Below, one piece after another: positions 59,989 to 64,000 of a stretch of 64,000 nt of DNA. The number at the start of each line of letters is the position of its first letter. Position 1 is the first letter of the stretch. Source of the DNA: Candidatus Bathyarchaeia archaeon. GTDB taxonomy: Archaea; Thermoproteota; Bathyarchaeia; 40CM-2-53-6. The notes beneath the pieces are model-generated. The model was not told the DNA's origin, ran no database searches, and worked only from the letters and a program-made list of their open reading frames with translations. The position numbers and the translations under genes are program-made. The stretch is from contig JBEKVV010000004.1 in assembly GCA_049513715.1 (NCBI GenBank), forward strand, positions 96,001 through 160,000, in the 5' to 3' direction.

Positions 59989-61644
59989 ATGGAAGTCAGT
60001 GGCGCAGAGGCATTCCTTAACGCCGTTGTGGCCGAAAGCGTTGATTTCGCTTTTGGTATACCCGGAACTCACATCCTACCAATAATAGAACTGCTGGAAG
60101 AGAGCCCGCTCAATTTCGTGAATGTAAGGCATGAGGCTGGAGCCGCTGCGATGGCGGACACCTATGGGCGCTTGACAGGCAGACCGGGCGTGTGCCTAGT
60201 CACCGCAGGACCAGGAGCCACAAATAGCCTCACAGGCGTCGCGCACGCGTTCGCCGCTGCGTCACCGATGTTGCATGTTTCAGGAACTGTCCCAACTACA
60301 AGTGGCACGGGAGCCTTTCACGGTGCAGACAAACCGAGATTCCTTGAAAGCGTCTTCGCACCGGTCTGTAAGAGGAGTTGCAGCCTGGGGTCGGTCGCTG
60401 AAATTCCTCGAGTAGTTCACACGTGCTTTCAAGAAGCAACTACTGGCAGACGTGGACCAGTTCACCTGGGCCTTCCCCTTGACCTCCTCCTCGCACGGGG
60501 CGTCACTGCAAAGCCAAGCCAACGGGTGAAGCCCATTCGTGCTGTTCGAAACCTCGCCCGAACAGCGAAAATTCTGTCTTCGGCAGCGAGACCCGTCATC
60601 CTAGTTGGAGAAGAAGCGAGAGGTTTGGGACGTGAAGTAGAGATTTTTGCTGAGAAGCTTCAGAGCCCAGTAATATCAACGATGAACGCTTTGGGAGTGT
60701 TCCCTCAAGAGAACCACTTGTTTGTTGGATATGTTGAGCAATTCTGGCGTCTTCACCCCACAGCATTTGATGTCGTCAAAGAAGCGGATTTGGTGGTCTC
60801 GATTGGTGCACGAGCAGCTTCGCCTGAAACCAACTGCATAACCTCCGTAGTGGACACTGAATGGCTATTTCTGACCGAGGAAGCTCCGGGGGAGAAGGCG
60901 AAGAAAGCCGAGTACGTATCGGGAGACATCAGGAGAAGTCTTGTGGCGCTTGGGAACAAGCTAGAACCTGCACCCAAACTCAGAGAGAACTGGTCACACA
61001 AAGCGGTGGCAGGTCTAAGGTCCTACATGGAAGAGCTTGACAGGAATGCTGCAGAGAAATCAAGAATCAGACCAATTCACCCAGCCTATGCAGCCCACAG
61101 CCTTCTGCAGTTCCTTCCCCGCGACGGAGTCGTCTGCTCTGATTCCGGAGCCAATGAGATATGGGTCAGAGAATATTTGGGAAACAGAAGAAATTGTGAA
61201 TACCTCTACTCAGGGACATTCGGTGGCATGGGTTTTTCGTTGCCAGCTGCGATCGCGGCATCCCTGCTGCGCCCTAACACAAGGATCCTGGCGGTGTCCG
61301 GGGACGGTGGGTTGCTCATGAGCCTGATGGAGTTATCAACGCTCGTTGAACAGAAATCAAACGCCGTGATCGTTGTTTTCAACGATTCCGCTTACGGTAT
61401 GATGTGGTTGCTTCAACACCACAAGACAACAAACCTACTTAATCCTGTTAATTTCGCGAAGGTTGCTGAAGGTTTTGGAGTGAAGTCATGGCGCGTAGAA
61501 GAACCCGGGAAGTTGAAGGACAGCCTGTCCGAAGCGTTTTCAGTACGTGGACCAGCTCTTGTCGACGTCATCGTCGATCACAAGCAGCCTCTGCCCTTCG
61601 AACCATGGATGGAAAGATTCAGGCAACAGCATCCTGAAGTCTGA
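59989..61644 (+). CDS. thiamine-pyrophosphate enzyme, acetolactate synthase large-subunit family
   Basis: FGIPG, RHE, GPGATN, GDGG...ND. Confidence 0.9.
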   Translation: MEVSGAEAFLNAVVAESVDFAFGIPGTHILPIIELLEESPLNFVNVRHEAGAAAMADTYGRLTGRPGVCLVTAGPGATNSLTGVAHAFAAASPMLHVSGTVPTTSGTGAFHGADKPRFLESVFAPVCKRSCSLGSVAEIPRVVHTCFQEATTGRRGPVHLGLPLDLLLARGVTAKPSQRVKPIRAVRNLARTAKILSSAARPVILVGEEARGLGREVEIFAEKLQSPVISTMNALGVFPQENHLFVGYVEQFWRLHPTAFDVVKEADLVVSIGARAASPETNCITSVVDTEWLFLTEEAPGEKAKKAEYVSGDIRRSLVALGNKLEPAPKLRENWSHKAVAGLRSYMEELDRNAAEKSRIRPIHPAYAAHSLLQFLPRDGVVCSDSGANEIWVREYLGNRRNCEYLYSGTFGGMGFSLPAAIAASLLRPNTRILAVSGDGGLLMSLMELSTLVEQKSNAVIVVFNDSAYGMMWLLQHHKTTNLLNPVNFAKVAEGFGVKSWRVEEPGKLKDSLSEAFSVRGPALVDVIVDHKQPLPFEPWMERFRQQHPEV

Positions 61645-61669
61645 ACTGCCGACATCGCGCGCGATGTGG

Positions 61670-62998
61670 TCACAGAGTTGCCAGGCTTTGGTCTAGGGCT
61701 TTGATCGCTTCATCTACTTGCGCACGAGTTACATTCAGTGGCGGCGCAACTCTGATTACTTGGCCTCGCATGCCGCAGGGGTACATTAGTACCCCTCTTG
61801 ATAGTAATTCATTCAGAACTTTCTTCGCTGCGTTTGAGTTGGGTTCACGGTCTGTGCCGGGCACGATGAATTCTATTCCAATCATGAGGCCCACGCCCCG
61901 CACGTCACCGATCACGGGGTATTTCTTCTTGAGGTCTTGAAGGCGGCTGAGCAGGTACGCTCCCATTTTCTTCGCGTTTTCCAGAAGTCCCTCGTCCCTA
62001 ATGGTATCTATGGTTGCGATTGCTGCGGCGCAGGAGATGGGGTTGCCACCGAAAGTTGTGCCATGAACAGTCGGAGTCCAACGGCTCATAAGTTCCTGTT
62101 TAGCACAAACTGCTCCTAGTGGGAATCCTGATGCTATGCCCTTCGCAATCGCCATGATGTCCGGTTCAAGGCCGAACAATTGGCCGGCGAACCATTCTCC
62201 AGTTCGACCAAACCCGCTCTGCACTTCATCGAAGATAAGCAGGATATTGTTTTTTGTGCAGGTTTCTCGAAGCTGCCGGAGAAATTCCTTTGGCGGCGCA
62301 ACGTATCCGCCCTCTCCTTGAATAGGTTCAACGATGATCGCGGCTACCTGGGAAGGAGCGATGATGCGATCGAGAAGAGTTTGGAGTGCTCGCATCGTTT
62401 CCGCGACGCATTGAGCGGGGTCGTCTGGGTGGGCGGAATGGTAAGTGTCGGCGTACGGTGTGTGGTAGACGCTCCCGAGGAACGGTTCGAGTCCGAGTCG
62501 GTAACTGGACTTGGAAGCGGTCAGCGTGGCGGCGCCGTAAGTGCGTCCGTGAAATCCTCCCGTGAAAGCGATTATGCCCGGTCTGCCGGTAACGTTTCGC
62601 GCGAGCTTAATGCATCCCTCGACTGCTTCGGCTCCGCTGTTGCCGAAGAAGAACATGTCCAGAGCTCCGGGAAGGATGGCTGGCAGCATCTCCGCTAGTC
62701 GGAGGACAGATTCGTGGAGTGTTACACCAACGGCTCCATGGATTTGCTTTTCCATCTGCTCTTTCGCGGCTGCTATTACCTTTGGATGATTGTGGCCGAC
62801 ATTCACCGCGCCGAAAGCTGCCATGAAGTCCATGTATCGTTTTCCATCTAAACCGTACAAGTATATGCCCTGAGCTTTGACAACGGGCAGGTTGGGCCAG
62901 TCTTGAGAGAAGATTGGGGACAGCATCTTGTCTTTGCGGGCTACAAGTTCTGCGAAGGTGCTACGCTTCTTCACGGTCGTCATTGCTTCTGAAACCAA
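61670..62998 (-). CDS. class-III aminotransferase (4-aminobutyrate aminotransferase-like)
   Basis: SGAEAVE, FHGRT, EPIQGEGG, DEVQSGFGRTG, AKG. Confidence 0.92.
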   Translation of the reverse strand: MVSEAMTTVKKRSTFAELVARKDKMLSPIFSQDWPNLPVVKAQGIYLYGLDGKRYMDFMAAFGAVNVGHNHPKVIAAAKEQMEKQIHGAVGVTLHESVLRLAEMLPAILPGALDMFFFGNSGAEAVEGCIKLARNVTGRPGIIAFTGGFHGRTYGAATLTASKSSYRLGLEPFLGSVYHTPYADTYHSAHPDDPAQCVAETMRALQTLLDRIIAPSQVAAIIVEPIQGEGGYVAPPKEFLRQLRETCTKNNILLIFDEVQSGFGRTGEWFAGQLFGLEPDIMAIAKGIASGFPLGAVCAKQELMSRWTPTVHGTTFGGNPISCAAAIATIDTIRDEGLLENAKKMGAYLLSRLQDLKKKYPVIGDVRGVGLMIGIEFIVPGTDREPNSNAAKKVLNELLSRGVLMYPCGMRGQVIRVAPPLNVTRAQVDEAIKALDQSLATL

Positions 62999-63082
62999 TT
63001 ACCGCACATCCTCAGAGAATCAGGAGTATTGTTTGTGATGTGGGGAGAGAAAAAGACTGCCCCAACCTTTCCGCGATGGTAG

Positions 63083-64000
63083 TCAGGTTGGGTCCCTGGA
63101 AAGCGGTGCGGTTGAGCAGTGGGGGCCGCCCAAGGTGTCTAGGAAGCTGTCATCCCATTTCTTGACCTTTATGCCGTGTTTGTTCAATTCCTCGATTGTC
63201 GTTGTTGTCCGCGCGTATGACACGATGGTTCCAGATTTGATGGTGATTATGTTCGTTGCGCCGCGGGTCTGTTCCATTAGCGAGAGCATGAGGTGCTTCA
63301 TGTCGTTCTTCTCTTTGGGCTCACCTCCCACATAGATCAGGCCGTCTTTGTCGACCTTGTCTTCTTTGATTAGGAAATCTACGAAGCTCACGTCACGCCT
63401 CAAGAGGACAGGTTCATTGTTCGTGCCGCGTACGTACACGTAGCATTCTCCGGCTCTTTCGAAAGCTGCAGGGCTAACTACTTCCTGCATTGGCCTTGCA
63501 TCTCGTTCTGTTTGTGCTCGGGTTGCGGCGAGCAACTTCAGTAGCAGCTTCTTCGGTGGCATATCTTTCACAAGTTCGCTGTCGAAATAATATGGCATGA
63601 TGAGTGCTTTGCGGTTCGCTGGAAAGTTGATGACGACATCTAGGTGCATGAAATCTAATGCAGGAAAATCGGCGTTGTAAACGGCGCAGATATACTTGAC
63701 CGTGCGGTTCTGGTCTGCTTCGAAGATCTTTCTCGCAAACTGCAGGAAACCAGTGAATGTAGACCTCTGCCCTAGGCCGACAGCGATCGTTTCTTCGTCA
63801 ACGATCTGTGTGTCTCCCCCTTCAATGTTGGGGGGCTCGGTGTTGCCGATTTGAATGTCATTCGCGTCCCAGATCAGGTTCACATTCTTGCGCAGTATTG
63901 GGTCTGATTCGTAGGCAAGTTTCACCACGTGGGGTTCGAAACGCCTGCTGTATCTTCGCATGTTGCAAATGACTGTCCCAATCTGCGTTGTGAAGGAAGT
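63083..64000 (-). CDS. arginine deiminase / amidinotransferase family protein (5' end outside window)
   Basis: IEGGD, MHLD, GGPHCST catalytic motifs. Confidence 0.85.
   Translation of the reverse strand, partial: TSFTTQIGTVICNMRRYSRRFEPHVVKLAYESDPILRKNVNLIWDANDIQIGNTEPPNIEGGDTQIVDEETIAVGLGQRSTFTGFLQFARKIFEADQNRTVKYICAVYNADFPALDFMHLDVVINFPANRKALIMPYYFDSELVKDMPPKKLLLKLLAATRAQTERDARPMQEVVSPAAFERAGECYVYVRGTNNEPVLLRRDVSFVDFLIKEDKVDKDGLIYVGGEPKEKNDMKHLMLSLMEQTRGATNIITIKSGTIVSYARTTTTIEELNKHGIKVKKWDDSFLDTLGGPHCSTAPLSRDPT

Noticed and set aside
1..64000. CRISPR array, rRNA, IS transposase or integrase
   Set aside because: No regularly spaced repeats, rRNA-like segments or recombinase motifs seen.

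Overview
Archaeal chromosomal window (about 50% GC by eye), most likely TACK and Bathyarchaeia-like. Supporting signs are archaeal tRNAs with encoded CCA and bulge-helix-bulge (BHB) introns, a non-catalytic tRNA-splicing endonuclease subunit, SAMP/MoaD proteins, a PEF-CTERM protein and many zinc-ribbon membrane proteins. Metabolic content includes a group 3b [NiFe]-hydrogenase operon, an ABC transporter beside a xanthine-dehydrogenase-family Mo enzyme, a tungsten AOR, peptidases, citrate synthase, hisS, mtnA, dcd, lpdA and an arginine-deiminase/aminotransferase cluster. The most striking signals are RNA-level. (1) A highly structured non-tRNA locus (17284-17510) is closed by a perfect BHB; the predicted 200-nt excised circle forms a 9-bp GAGA-tetraloop hairpin across the ligation junction, making it a candidate novel circular ncRNA. 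(2) All six complete tRNA genes carry introns (16 in total), including a four-intron tRNA-Lys and a tRNA-Asp with an intron in the acceptor stem (68/69). (3) Partial second copies of tRNA-Tyr and tRNA-Lys carry different but intact intron sets; they bracket a free-standing LAGLIDADG endonuclease and an array of toxin-antitoxin cassettes delimited by tRNA fragments. An orphan RHH-TerS-TerL terminase cassette lies just upstream of tRNA-Lys. All calls are by eye from motifs; no database searches were run.
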